From Erysipelothrix sp. (GTDB lineage Bacteria; Bacillota_I; Bacilli_A; Erysipelotrichales; Erysipelotrichaceae), in NCBI GenBank assembly GCA_012511085.1, contig JAAZGU010000008.1, positions 1 through 35,211 on the forward strand: 35,211 bases of DNA, written 5' to 3'. The translations under genes and the position numbers were made by a program. Below are positions 1 through 9,448 of the stretch, piece by piece. The notes under the pieces are model-generated. The model worked only from the letters and a program-made list of their open reading frames with translations, was not told the origin of the DNA and did not search any database. Numbering within the stretch: the stretch's first letter is position 1; each line of letters begins with the position of its first letter.

Positions 1-489
1 ACCTATCATAAAAGTGATGGTGGCTCTTTAGGTAACATCAAGGGCATCGTGCTGTTGTTGTTATCTTCCTTGTCGGTTTCGCTCTATCATGTGTTGGTAA
101 AGCGGACCACCATTGCAGTGTCAACCATTGAAATGAGTGCTTTGATGATTATTCTAAGTTTCATTGTTTTCAATGTGTTTGCACTTGGCTATCATGCTTA
201 TAACCATACTTTGGCAACTTTTTTCCAACCATTAACTAATCAACGTTTTATTATTTCTATTTTATATTTGGGGGTGCTGTCATCATTATTAACATCGTTT
301 CTTATCAATTATGCGATATCTAGAATGAGCGCTACTAAATTTTCTGTGTTCTCAAATTTAGGGGTTGTGGTATCAATTTTAGCGGGGGTGCTTCTTTTAC
401 AAGAGCATCTAACCTATTATCATTTGATTGGTTGTGTGTTGATTGTTGGTGGTGTGTTTGGCACAAACACACTTGGGAAGCGGAATTAA
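1..489 (+). CDS. EamA/DMT-family permease, C-terminal part (5' end lies off-window)
   Basis: Frame 1 has no stop between position 1 and the listed ATG at 49, so the gene continues off the left edge. The translated part is a run of hydrophobic helices resembling the second EamA repeat (LGVLSSLLTSFLINYAISRMSATKFSVFSNLGVVVSILAGVLLL). Confidence 0.6.
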   Translation, partial: TYHKSDGGSLGNIKGIVLLLLSSLSVSLYHVLVKRTTIAVSTIEMSALMIILSFIVFNVFALGYHAYNHTLATFFQPLTNQRFIISILYLGVLSSLLTSFLINYAISRMSATKFSVFSNLGVVVSILAGVLLLQEHLTYYHLIGCVLIVGGVFGTNTLGKRN

Positions 490-544
490 TTGAAAATGGT
501 GAAAAAATCTAATTTTAGGGTTGGTTAAAAAAAGCGTTGTTTGG

Positions 545-573
545 TTGAAATATATGGTGAAATAGCCTAAAAT
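545..573 (+). promoter_or_regulatory. Candidate sigma-A promoter for the ABC importer operon
   Basis: TTGAAA (545-550), a 17-nt spacer, then TAAAAT (568-573), about 40 nt upstream of ATG 613. Motif match only. Confidence 0.35.
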
Positions 574-612
574 GATACATGTAATCGTTTGCATTACGAA
601 AAAGGAGGGAAT

Positions 613-1737
613 ATGAAGCGATTATTTACAAGCCTTATGGTGTTATTGCTCGTTGGCGCAGTTCTTGCTGCATGCGGACCTAAGACACCTCCATCCAACG
701 GAGACGATGGAAAATTAGGCGGAGAATTGGTAGTTTATTCACCTAACTCTGATGGTGAAGTTGAAGGTTTATTATACTATTGGGCTGAAAAGAACGATGT
801 TAAGGTTAACCTTCAATCCATGGGTACCGGGGAAGCATTAACAAAAATTGCTGCTGAAAAGGATAACCCACAAGCTGACTTAATGTTTGGTGGTATGAAC
901 TTAGGTGCATACTTGCAACATGAAGGTCTGTTTGAAGAATACGTAGCGACAGGCTACGACAAAATTCCTGCGGGATATCGGACACATTTAGAGAAGTATC
1001 CATTCTTTACCCATTATGGTTTAAGTGGAAGTAACTTACTCGTCAATGTTAACTTAGAAGCAGAATTGATTGAAAGTGGAGATCTTAAAGGCGAAATCAA
1101 AGGTTACGCTGATCTTTTACAACCTGGCCTTAAAGGCAAAATTGCTATGGGTGATGCAGGAGGATCTTCCAGTGCATTAGCTCAATTAACAAACATGTTA
1201 TTGGTTATGAACCCTGATGCGAAAAAAGATGGCCTTGATGGTGAATTGGCATATGGACCTGACGCAAAAGGTTGGGACTATGTCGAAGAATTCATGGCTA
1301 ACTTAGATGGTAAGATTTTAGGATCATCTTCAGCGCTTTACAAAGGTACTGAAGCTGGTGAATACGTTGTTGCTGCAACTTATGAAGATCCATCCATCGC
1401 TTTATTGACAGACGGATCCAAAAACGTTCGCGTTGTTTATCCAGAAGAAGGAGCTGTATGGCTACCAGCGGCATCTGCAATTGTTAAAGGTGCTAAAAAC
1501 TTGGAAAATGCGAAGAGTTTCATTGACTTCTTAGTATCCGATGAAGGACAAAAACAAATTGCTAAATTAACCTATCGTCCAGTACGTGATGATATTATTC
1601 ATGAAAATGAATATATGCAACCATTTAGTGATATCAACGTTGCTTTTGAAGATATTGAGTATGTTTCAAATCACCGCTCTGAAATTCAAGCACAATTTAA
1701 AGATATTCTAACGAACTTAGGTATCGCAACAGATTAA
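613..1737 (+). CDS. ABC importer substrate-binding lipoprotein (family-1 SBP, Fe3+/AfuA-type)
   Basis: The start listed at 589 is a TTG. ATG 613 sits behind AAAGGAGGG (601-609). The N-terminus MKRLFTSLMVLLLVGAVLAACG is a signal peptide plus lipobox Cys. It lies first in an SBP-ATPase-fused-permease operon typical of FbpABC/AfuABC-type systems. The substrate cannot be read from the sequence. Confidence 0.8.
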   Translation: MKRLFTSLMVLLLVGAVLAACGPKTPPSNGDDGKLGGELVVYSPNSDGEVEGLLYYWAEKNDVKVNLQSMGTGEALTKIAAEKDNPQADLMFGGMNLGAYLQHEGLFEEYVATGYDKIPAGYRTHLEKYPFFTHYGLSGSNLLVNVNLEAELIESGDLKGEIKGYADLLQPGLKGKIAMGDAGGSSSALAQLTNMLLVMNPDAKKDGLDGELAYGPDAKGWDYVEEFMANLDGKILGSSSALYKGTEAGEYVVAATYEDPSIALLTDGSKNVRVVYPEEGAVWLPAASAIVKGAKNLENAKSFIDFLVSDEGQKQIAKLTYRPVRDDIIHENEYMQPFSDINVAFEDIEYVSNHRSEIQAQFKDILTNLGIATD

Positions 1738-1758
1738 TTAAAAAATAGGGGTGACCAA

Positions 1759-2898
1759 ATGAGTGTAGAGATTAAAATCCGTGACGCGATTAAGCGTTAT
1801 GGTGATTTCACTGTTATCGATGGTCTTTCCTTGGACGTAAAGGAGGGTGAATTTTTCACCCTCCTTGGTCCATCTGGATGTGGAAAGACAACGTTATTAA
1901 GAATGATTGCTGGTTTTAACACGATTGAAGGTGGAGATTTTTATTTTGGGGATAAGCGCATTAATGATTTTGATCCAGCAAAACGAAACATTGGAATGGT
2001 TTTCCAAAACTATGCTATTTTCCCGCACCTGACGGTTGAGAAAAACGTAGCTTTCGGTCTCAAAAATCGTAAAATTGACAAACAAACGATTAAAATGGAG
2101 ACCAACAAGTTTTTAGAGCTTATGCAAATTAGAGAGTTTGCAGAACGTTTACCGGAGCGATTAAGTGGTGGTCAACAACAACGTGTGGCGCTCGCCAGAG
2201 CACTTGTAATTCAACCGGATGTGTTGTTGATGGATGAACCACTTTCAAACTTAGATGCGAAATTAAGAGTTGAAATGCGGCAAGTCATTAAAGACATTCA
2301 AACCAATGTCAACATTACAACGGTTTATGTTACGCATGATCAAGAAGAGGCGATGGCCGTTAGTGATCGCATTGCGATCATGAATTTTGGTGAAATCCAA
2401 CATGTGGGTTCCCCCAAAGACATTTATCAACGTCCTGCTAACTTATTTGTCGCATCGTTTATTGGGCAGACAAACATTCTTGATGCTCAACTTAAAGTAG
2501 AAAATAATCAACCTAAATTAGTTTTCGAGAATGGTTATGAACTTGAAGTAAATAACATTCGTGATGATTACAAACACGATCAAAACGTTAAAGTTTCGAT
2601 TCGACCCGAAGAGTTCATTATTGCATCAGATGCAACGGGCTTGACCGCAGTGACAGAAAACTATGCATTTTTAGGTTTAAATACAGTTTACAACGTCATT
2701 GGGCTTAACGATCAACGTTTACAGATTATTCAAGAATCCAGTATTCACGACATCATTGAGCCAAATGAGACGGTTAATTTAAAAATCAACGCAGAGAAGA
2801 TTAATATCTTTGTTGAAGATGGAAGTGTGAATATAGTAGAAGGTGTCAACAACGACTATGATATATACAATCAACCTAAACAGGGTCAGGAAGGCTAA
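1759..2898 (+). CDS. ABC importer ATP-binding protein (PotA/FbpC-like)
   Basis: Walker A GPSGCGKTT, signature LSGGQQQRVALARAL, Walker B LLMDEPLSNLD and H-loop VTHD, plus a C-terminal regulatory/TOBE-like extension. Confidence 0.9.
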   Translation: MSVEIKIRDAIKRYGDFTVIDGLSLDVKEGEFFTLLGPSGCGKTTLLRMIAGFNTIEGGDFYFGDKRINDFDPAKRNIGMVFQNYAIFPHLTVEKNVAFGLKNRKIDKQTIKMETNKFLELMQIREFAERLPERLSGGQQQRVALARALVIQPDVLLMDEPLSNLDAKLRVEMRQVIKDIQTNVNITTVYVTHDQEEAMAVSDRIAIMNFGEIQHVGSPKDIYQRPANLFVASFIGQTNILDAQLKVENNQPKLVFENGYELEVNNIRDDYKHDQNVKVSIRPEEFIIASDATGLTAVTENYAFLGLNTVYNVIGLNDQRLQIIQESSIHDIIEPNETVNLKINAEKINIFVEDGSVNIVEGVNNDYDIYNQPKQGQEG

Positions 2899-2903
2899 CC
2901 ATC

Positions 2904-4556
2904 ATGGTTAAGACTAAAAAACCTTTAGATATATGGACCGTGTTGTCGTTGGCGGTTCTCGGAATCTATGGCCTTTTTCTACTGTTTCCATTGTATAAAA
3001 TTTTAAACGGGGCACTCGTTGATGAGGCAGGTGCTTTTTCCTTTAAATGGTTTAAGATGTTCTTCGATGACCCTTATTACTTTAAAATTTTATCCAATAG
3101 TTTTAAGGTGTCCATCAGTGCTACAATTATGACATTGATTTTTGGGTACCCAATGGCTTATTTCTTTAACTTGTATGATGTTAAGGGGAAAAAGCTAATT
3201 CAGATCTTTGTCATTTTAAGTGCGATGTCAGCACCATTTATTGGTGCATACGCATGGATTCAATTGCTAGGTCGAAGTGGTTTTATTACAAAGTTTTTAA
3301 AAGCAACTTTCGGCTTTGAAATGCCAACCATTTATGGTTTTAACGGGATTGTCCTTGTTTTGACATTGCAATTAATCCCGCTTGTGTTCATGTACATTAC
3401 CGGAGCCCTTAAGAAGATTGACCGTAGTTTAATTGAAGCTTCTGAAAACATGGGAGTTTCAGGCATTCAACGTTTCTTTAGAGTAATCGTACCGTTGACC
3501 ATGCCAACCGTGCTTGCTGCAGCATTATTAGTGTTTATGCGGGCCTTCTCAGACTTTGGTACACCGCTGTTAATTGGTGAAGGGTATCGTGTCTTTACGG
3601 TTGAAATTTATCAACAGTTTATGGGAGAGGTAACACGTAACTACAATTTTGCTTCAACCATCAGTATTATCACGGTCATTATTACGGCAGGGATTTTCTT
3701 ATTCCAGAAGTACTTGTCGAAACGTTTCTCGTATTCCATGCATTCAATTAACTCGATTGAGCGTAAAAAAGCGAAAGGACTCTCAAACATTTTGATTCAT
3801 TTCTTCTTGTATTTTATGATTTTCCTTTCATTCTTACCGCAAATTTTAGTAACCTATCAGTCCTTCCAGAACACATCTGGGAAATTGTTTGTTCCAGGCT
3901 TTTCATTGAACAGTTATCGGACCGCCCTTTATCGTGTTGGTGATGCGATTCCTAACACCTTGTACATTGGTGGCATGGCAATTGTCTTGACTGTGTTGTT
4001 TGCGATTTTTATTGCCTACTTAGTTGTCCGCCGCAGCAATGTGATCAACAACTTTGTTGATACAGTCAGTATGATTCCTTACATTGTTCCCGGTAGTGTG
4101 GTTGCGATTGGATTGATTATGGCCTTTAGTAAGAAGCCGCTTGCCTTAACCGGAACGGTTGCCATTATGGTAATCTCACTTGTCATTCGGCGAAGTCCTT
4201 ACACTATTCGTTCATCGGTTGCGATTTTGCAACAAATTCCGATGACCATCGAAGAAGCCGCAATCAGTTTAGGTGCGAGTAAATTAAAAACATTCTTTAC
4301 AATTACTGTACCAATGATGGCTTCTGGTATTATATCCGGTGCCATCTTATCCTGGGTGACCATCATCACTGAATTATCAGGAGGTATCCTCTTGTATGGT
4401 CCAAAGACTTTAACGCTAACCTTAGCGATTTATGCGTTTGTCTCGCGCGGTAGTTACGGCTACGCAGCGGCTTTGGCGACCATCCTTTCAATCTTTACAA
4501 CGATATCCTTACTAATTTACATGAAGGTTTCAGGATCGGACGAAATTACATTATAA
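2904..4556 (+). CDS. ABC importer permease, fused two-domain (FbpB/AfuB-like)
   Basis: 550 aa with about 12 hydrophobic helices in two repeated halves, each carrying an EAA-like loop (LIEASENMGVSGIQRFFRVIVP and IEEAAISLGASKLKTFFTITVP). It starts 5 nt after the ATPase stop. Confidence 0.85.
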   Translation: MVKTKKPLDIWTVLSLAVLGIYGLFLLFPLYKILNGALVDEAGAFSFKWFKMFFDDPYYFKILSNSFKVSISATIMTLIFGYPMAYFFNLYDVKGKKLIQIFVILSAMSAPFIGAYAWIQLLGRSGFITKFLKATFGFEMPTIYGFNGIVLVLTLQLIPLVFMYITGALKKIDRSLIEASENMGVSGIQRFFRVIVPLTMPTVLAAALLVFMRAFSDFGTPLLIGEGYRVFTVEIYQQFMGEVTRNYNFASTISIITVIITAGIFLFQKYLSKRFSYSMHSINSIERKKAKGLSNILIHFFLYFMIFLSFLPQILVTYQSFQNTSGKLFVPGFSLNSYRTALYRVGDAIPNTLYIGGMAIVLTVLFAIFIAYLVVRRSNVINNFVDTVSMIPYIVPGSVVAIGLIMAFSKKPLALTGTVAIMVISLVIRRSPYTIRSSVAILQQIPMTIEEAAISLGASKLKTFFTITVPMMASGIISGAILSWVTIITELSGGILLYGPKTLTLTLAIYAFVSRGSYGYAAALATILSIFTTISLLIYMKVSGSDEITL

Positions 4557-4564
4557 ACATATAA

Positions 4565-4586
4565 CACCTCCGCAGAGGTGTTTTTT
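4565..4586 (+). terminator. Rho-independent terminator of the ABC importer operon
   Basis: CACCTC (4565-4570), loop CGCA, GAGGTG (4575-4580), then TTTTTT (4581-4586), 9 nt after the permease stop. Confidence 0.7.
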
Positions 4587-4601
4587 AAATCAATTATTCT
4601 T

Positions 4602-4630
4602 AAAAACTATCCTTTAGGTTAGGGTCTTTT
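4602..4630 (+). repeat. Degenerate copy (C) of a 29-bp hairpin element
   Basis: AAAAACTATCCTTTAGGTTAGGGTCTTTT matches the reverse complement of copy A (22586-22614) at 25/29 ungapped positions, and copy B (26348-26376) at 25/29. The stem complementarity is lost in this copy. Confidence 0.55.
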
Positions 4631-4816
4631 ACTTCAATAAAAGCTACAATGAGATTGACATTAAACGTGGGTGGTTAAGTGCAGTCGAAAGTCTGGTTTG
4701 GGTATTCAAGATTCAATCAATATGATGATTGAGTCGCAACTCTTTGATGGGGTATGTTATGCAAGCTAACTATGATGCTTGTCATAACGATGTTGACCAT
4801 GTGGTTCAACAAGAAG

Positions 4817-4838
4817 ACTAGCATAGGCTAGTTTTTTT
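4817..4838 (+). terminator. Orphan terminator-like hairpin with no annotated gene upstream
   Basis: ACTAGC (4817-4822), loop ATAG, GCTAGT (4827-4832), running into TTTTTTT (4832-4838). It lies between the importer terminator and the exporter promoter. Confidence 0.5.
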
Positions 4839-4884
4839 AATTGACAAAGAAAAAGAGGCTCCTCGCTATAATAGTAGTGAATTT

Positions 4885-4893
4885 TGTTATAAT
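4885..4893 (+). promoter_or_regulatory. Candidate extended -10 promoter for the ABC exporter gene
   Basis: TGtTATAAT (TG at 4885-4886, TATAAT at 4888-4893), 25 nt upstream of ATG 4918, with SD AAGGTGA in between. Confidence 0.35.
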
Positions 4894-4917
4894 GGAAAAG
4901 AAAGTTAAGGTGATACA

Positions 4918-6819
4918 ATGCGGTACATGAGCGATGCAAATCAAAAATTAAAAGAGCCAAAGCCCAAATCCATCAAGGAAGTGATTCCTTATTTGAAGAA
5001 TTTGGTTGGCAAATTCTTTTATCGTTTGTTTTATATATTTAAATTAGTGTGGGATACCCGACCATGGATTTTAGCGGCCATGGTTTTTATGGCTATTTTT
5101 AATGGGGTTTCACCTGTTATTTCCGCTTTTATTGGTGCTGAGCTTCTCAATGCCTTGCTTGCAGCCTACAATGCAAGCGTGGCTGGCTTAAGCAGCGGTT
5201 TTCAATGGGTGATGACGCTCTTGATTTTACAATTTGGTTTTATGTTTATTGATGATTTACTCAATAGCGTTAATCGGATTTTGATTCGGATTTCCAATGA
5301 GCTGGTAAGCAACCAAGTCAACTTAAAAATTATGCACAAAGCCAAAACAATCGATCTTGCGAGCTTTGATTCACCCCAATTTTATGAGAAGTTTGAAAAC
5401 GCAAGTCGCGAAGCTTCGAACCGCCCAATTCAAGTAACCAATGCCACCTTTACGATCATGAGTTCACTCATTAGTGTGGTTTCTTTCGTCACAATTTTGG
5501 CCGCGATCAGTCCTTTTGCACCACTTATTATTATCGTGCTTTCCATTCCATCAGCGATCATTAACTTTGTTTATCGCCGCAAGAACTTCCAATACGTACG
5601 TAGGCGTTCAAAAGATCGGCGTGAAATGAATTACTACAGTCGTTTAATGATGGACAAGGACATCGTGAAAGAAGTTAAAATGTTTAATCTGGCGGATACC
5701 TTCATTGATCGCTATCAAGCCACCTACATGCAGTATTTTAAAGGCTTACGCCGTTTGATTACAGTGGAAGGCATGTGGATGATTTTAATCACAATGATCA
5801 CAACCGTTGTCCATGGTGGCATGTTTTTATACATCGCCAGAGCCGTCAGTGTTGGGACCTTAGAAATTGGTGCTTATGCTTTGTACACCGGTGCTTTAAA
5901 ATCGATTGCGCGTGGCATTTCATCTCTAATTTCCACAACCGCCTCTATTTATGAAGGCACCTTGTTTATTGATAACATGATTGAATTTATGAATGAAGAA
6001 CAATCGATCAAGCCCATCATCACAAAGCCACGCTCAGTGCCACGCCACCAGCAACATGAAATCGTTTTTGATAATGTGTCTTTCCATTACCCGGGCACCA
6101 ATCATGATGTCATCAAGAACTTATCGTTGACCATAAATAGTGATGATACAGTTGTGTTGGTGGGGCTCAATGGGGCTGGTAAAACAACGTTAATCAAATT
6201 GTTGACGCGTCTCTATGACCCTAGTGAAGGTGTGATTTATTTGGATGGTCATGATATTCGTGAATACGATGTCAGTGAGCTGTATCGAATTTTTGGTATT
6301 ATCTTCCAGGACTTTGGGAAATATGCCGTCAGCGTTAAGGAAAACATCGCCTTTGGAGAAATTGAAAAGCCGATTAAGCTGGCGATGATTAAAGAAGCAG
6401 CGCACCAAAGCAATGCCGATGCTTTTATTAAAGATTTTGAACAAGGTTATCAAACGCAATTGATGCGCATCTTTGATGAAAAAGGCCAAGAGTTATCCAT
6501 TGGTCAATGGCAAAAGATTGCAATTGCGCGTGCCTTTTACAACAATTCCGATATTTTAATTTTAGATGAGCCTACCTCGGCACTTGATGCGATTGCGGAA
6601 CAAGAAATTTACGATCAATTTGATAAATTGCGTAAAGATAAAATGACCATCTTTGTGTCGCATCGGCTCTCGAGTGCCACCATCGCGAATAAGATTGTGG
6701 TTTTAGAGGATGGCAAACTCATTGAACTTGGCAACCATCAGCAATTGATGCAAGCGCAAGGTCATTATTGGAAACTCTTTACCACACAGGCGGAACGTTA
6801 CATCAGTGGTGATATTTGA
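4918..6819 (+). CDS. ABC exporter, fused TMD-NBD half-transporter (MsbA/multidrug-type)
   Basis: The N-terminal part has about 6 TM helices. The C-terminal NBD carries Walker A GLNGAGKTT, signature LSIGQWQKIAIARAF and Walker B ILILDEPTSALD. Confidence 0.85.
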   Translation: MRYMSDANQKLKEPKPKSIKEVIPYLKNLVGKFFYRLFYIFKLVWDTRPWILAAMVFMAIFNGVSPVISAFIGAELLNALLAAYNASVAGLSSGFQWVMTLLILQFGFMFIDDLLNSVNRILIRISNELVSNQVNLKIMHKAKTIDLASFDSPQFYEKFENASREASNRPIQVTNATFTIMSSLISVVSFVTILAAISPFAPLIIIVLSIPSAIINFVYRRKNFQYVRRRSKDRREMNYYSRLMMDKDIVKEVKMFNLADTFIDRYQATYMQYFKGLRRLITVEGMWMILITMITTVVHGGMFLYIARAVSVGTLEIGAYALYTGALKSIARGISSLISTTASIYEGTLFIDNMIEFMNEEQSIKPIITKPRSVPRHQQHEIVFDNVSFHYPGTNHDVIKNLSLTINSDDTVVLVGLNGAGKTTLIKLLTRLYDPSEGVIYLDGHDIREYDVSELYRIFGIIFQDFGKYAVSVKENIAFGEIEKPIKLAMIKEAAHQSNADAFIKDFEQGYQTQLMRIFDEKGQELSIGQWQKIAIARAFYNNSDILILDEPTSALDAIAEQEIYDQFDKLRKDKMTIFVSHRLSSATIANKIVVLEDGKLIELGNHQQLMQAQGHYWKLFTTQAERYISGDI

Positions 6820-6908
6820 CAAAGATTTTGTGGCTTACTATACTGAAATTAGAGAAGTTTATCAATTGAAACGTTTTTAATAATAGCATTATATAGAAAG
6901 AGGACATC

Positions 6909-7634
6909 ATGTTAATTCAAGAATTTAAGCAATTGATTCAACAGAGTCATGAGATTGTTTTTTTTGGTGGAGCCGGGGTTTCCACAGAAAGTGATATTCC
7001 TGATTTTCGCTCAGCAAGCGGTTTATACACAACCTCAAAAAATGAGTCGTATCCACCTGAGTACATGCTAAGCCGTTCATGTTTTATCAATGATACTGAA
7101 TCGTTTTATGAATATTATAAAAGCCATATGATTGTCACCCATGCCAAACCCAATCAAGCGCATCTTGCCTTAGCGCATTTGGAAAAAATTGGTAAATTAA
7201 AAGCAGTGGTGACGCAAAACATAGATGGTTTGCATCAAATGGCTGGTTCAAAAAACGTGCTCGAGTTGCACGGTTCTATTTATCGTAATTATTGCATGCA
7301 ATGTCATCAGTTTTATGATTTGACCGCAATTATTGAAAGTGATGCGATTCCAAGGTGTTCAAAATGTGGCAACATCATCAAACCTGACGTTGTACTTTAT
7401 GAGGAAGGGCTTAATATGGATGTTGTCAATCGTGCGATTCAGCACATTCAACGTGCTGATTTATTAATCGTGGGAGGCACCTCATTAAAAGTGTACCCAG
7501 CAGCAGGATTATTGGATTACTTTAAGGGTGATTATCTCGTTTTAATTAATCGTGATGCAACCCCCTATGATCGACTCGCAACCTTAAACTTTAACGAAAG
7601 CATTGGTCATGTACTTTCAAAAGCCATCTTATAA
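6909..7634 (+). CDS. cobB: NAD-dependent protein deacylase, Sir2 family (CobB-like)
   Basis: GAGVSTESDIPDFRS, QNIDGLH and HG motifs, plus a CxxC...CxxC Zn module (CMQCHQ / CSKCG). At 241 aa it is a single-domain protein. Confidence 0.85.
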   Translation: MLIQEFKQLIQQSHEIVFFGGAGVSTESDIPDFRSASGLYTTSKNESYPPEYMLSRSCFINDTESFYEYYKSHMIVTHAKPNQAHLALAHLEKIGKLKAVVTQNIDGLHQMAGSKNVLELHGSIYRNYCMQCHQFYDLTAIIESDAIPRCSKCGNIIKPDVVLYEEGLNMDVVNRAIQHIQRADLLIVGGTSLKVYPAAGLLDYFKGDYLVLINRDATPYDRLATLNFNESIGHVLSKAIL

Positions 7635-8324
7635 TTTAAAAATCGCATCCACTTCGTGAGATTCTAACAATCGGTAGGCTCCTGGTGATAATGATTCATC
7701 AAGTTTGAGCTTGCCGATTTTTATGCGTTTTAAAAAGACAACTTCATTTTCACAATATCTCATCATGCGCTTCACTTGATGTTTTTTGCCTTCAGAAATT
7801 GACAAGTGCAGGGTGTAATCGTCAATGACATTTACCTTGGCAGGTTTGAGCTGCACATCATCGAGGGCGATACCGCGTTCTAAGTCTGGGATGTAAGCAC
7901 GATTAAAAGGGTCTTTTAAAGTCACGTGATATTGTTTTTCAATTGCTTTTTTACCATGGGAAACCTGATGTGAAAACAAACCATCGTTACTAATTAACAG
8001 CAAACCTTCGGTATCAACGTCCAAGCGTCCGACGATGATTAAATCACTACGTTTTTCGTGAATGAGTTCAAGCACACTCGGGTAACGATGATCGATGTGG
8101 GCACAAATGTAACCTTGCGGCTTATTAAGCATGTAGTGGACTTTGTCACGATGAGTGAGTGTTTTATGATCAACCGTTATGTGGTCAAGTTCAGCGTCAA
8201 GCTTAAAAGCAGGGTCAACAACAAGGTCATCGTTCACCCGCACCCGCTGTGCTTTGATGATTTTCTTAACATGGTTGCGTGTTCCAAAACCATGCAAGGC
8301 TAATAATTTATCAAGGCGCATCAT
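7629..8324 (-). CDS. Pseudouridine synthase, RsuA/RluB family, with N-terminal S4 domain
   Basis: S4-like N-terminus (MRLDKLLALHGFGTRNHVKKIIKAQRVRVN) and the catalytic motif VGRLDVDTEGLLLISNDG. Confidence 0.85.
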   Translation of the reverse strand: MMRLDKLLALHGFGTRNHVKKIIKAQRVRVNDDLVVDPAFKLDAELDHITVDHKTLTHRDKVHYMLNKPQGYICAHIDHRYPSVLELIHEKRSDLIIVGRLDVDTEGLLLISNDGLFSHQVSHGKKAIEKQYHVTLKDPFNRAYIPDLERGIALDDVQLKPAKVNVIDDYTLHLSISEGKKHQVKRMMRYCENEVVFLKRIKIGKLKLDESLSPGAYRLLESHEVDAIFKL

Positions 8325-8331
8325 GACATCA

Positions 8332-9444
8332 TCACGCCTTGAAGTTATAAATAGGCTTTAAAATATCAATGACTGAAATCGCATCTTTGGTGCTCTCAAT
8401 AATAAAATCAAGAGTTTTATAGACAAAGGGACTTTCATCAATGGTACGTTGACTGACGGATGTGGAATAGACATGTTTCATGCTTTGTTCAAAATGATGC
8501 AGGTTCACGGCTTTGCGTGCTTGCCTGCGGCTCATCAGCCGGCCTGCACCATGGGGTGCGGAATAATTCCAATCAGGGTTGCCCTTACCTCTGGCTAAGA
8601 TGGAACCATCCGCCATGTTAATTGGAATGAGTAGCAATTCATCTTCATAAGCGGAAATCGCACCTTTGCGGGTGATGTTATCTTTAAAGTTAATGTAGTT
8701 GTGGATGGTTTCGAAGTAATCAAACGCGGTTAGATCCTTATCGTACAATCGATTTAAGATAATATTGGCAATTGTTTGGCGATTAAGTGATGCGTATTGT
8801 TGGACAATCCGCATGTCATCCAAATAGTTGTCCTTTAAAGTATGTTCTAAATAACATAAATCACGTGGAATGTTGATGTTTTGTTGGGCACAATAGGTGA
8901 TGGCCTTGCGTTGGTAAAGTTCCGCAACTTGTTTTCCGAGATTGCGACTTCCGGAATGAATGATGAGGTAAAGATCATCGTTTGAGTCTTTAGCAATTTC
9001 AATAAAGTGATTGCCGCCACCTAGGGAACCGATGCTGCGTCGCACACGCTCCAGGTTCTTTATTTGTTTTAAAACATGCAGGTTTTTTAGTGGTTCAAAA
9101 GCGACCTTGATGCCACGATGGACATTTTTGCCCGCCGGGATATTGTAGCGAATCATTTGGTCTAAATATTCAAAATCGATGGGTTGTTTTGGTAATTTCA
9201 CCGTTAACATCCCACATCCTATGTCGACTCCTACAATGTTTGGAATGACTTTATCTTTTAAGTTCGCTGTAAAACCAATCACACAGCCCTTGCCTAAGTG
9301 GACATCGGGCATGATCGCAATCTTGAGAGATTTGCTGAGTTCTAAATCGAGTAATTCAATAATTTGATCAATCGCACTTGCTTCAATTTGGTCAGTAAAT
9401 ACTTTAGCTTCGCCATAAGTTCCTTTTAAAGTTAAAATACTCAT
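8332..9444 (-). CDS. rtcB: RNA-splicing ligase RtcB
   Basis: Motifs VGVDIGCGM, HSGSRNLG, IHNY and PHGAGR. The ORF-track start at 9600 adds 52 non-homologous residues that overlap the upstream gene. ATG 9444 (MSILTLKG...) lies 5 nt after that gene's stop. Confidence 0.9.
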   Translation of the reverse strand: MSILTLKGTYGEAKVFTDQIEASAIDQIIELLDLELSKSLKIAIMPDVHLGKGCVIGFTANLKDKVIPNIVGVDIGCGMLTVKLPKQPIDFEYLDQMIRYNIPAGKNVHRGIKVAFEPLKNLHVLKQIKNLERVRRSIGSLGGGNHFIEIAKDSNDDLYLIIHSGSRNLGKQVAELYQRKAITYCAQQNINIPRDLCYLEHTLKDNYLDDMRIVQQYASLNRQTIANIILNRLYDKDLTAFDYFETIHNYINFKDNITRKGAISAYEDELLLIPINMADGSILARGKGNPDWNYSAPHGAGRLMSRRQARKAVNLHHFEQSMKHVYSTSVSQRTIDESPFVYKTLDFIIESTKDAISVIDILKPIYNFKA

Positions 9445-9448
9445 CGAA

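Noticed and set aside
572-590. A possible Fur box (TGATACATGTAATCG) at the importer promoter, which would support an iron substrate
   Set aside because: Only about 9 of 14 positions match the 7-1-7 TGATAATnATTATCA consensus. The real symmetry is just the 8-bp palindrome TACATGTA, which is too weak to call.
4766-4960. A 64-aa minus-strand ORF spanning the exporter promoter and start
   Set aside because: It overlaps the exporter SD and start codon and the orphan terminator. It has no SD and a His/Tyr/Leu-rich low-complexity translation.
6909-7634. The Sir2-domain protein as a possible phage-defence effector (Thoeris ThsA, DSR, SIR2-HerA or Sir2-pAgo type)
   Set aside because: It is a 241-aa single-domain CobB-type sirtuin with an intact NAD pocket and a Zn module. 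It has no fused SLOG, TIR, helicase or Argonaute partner and no partner gene nearby. The flanking genes are housekeeping.
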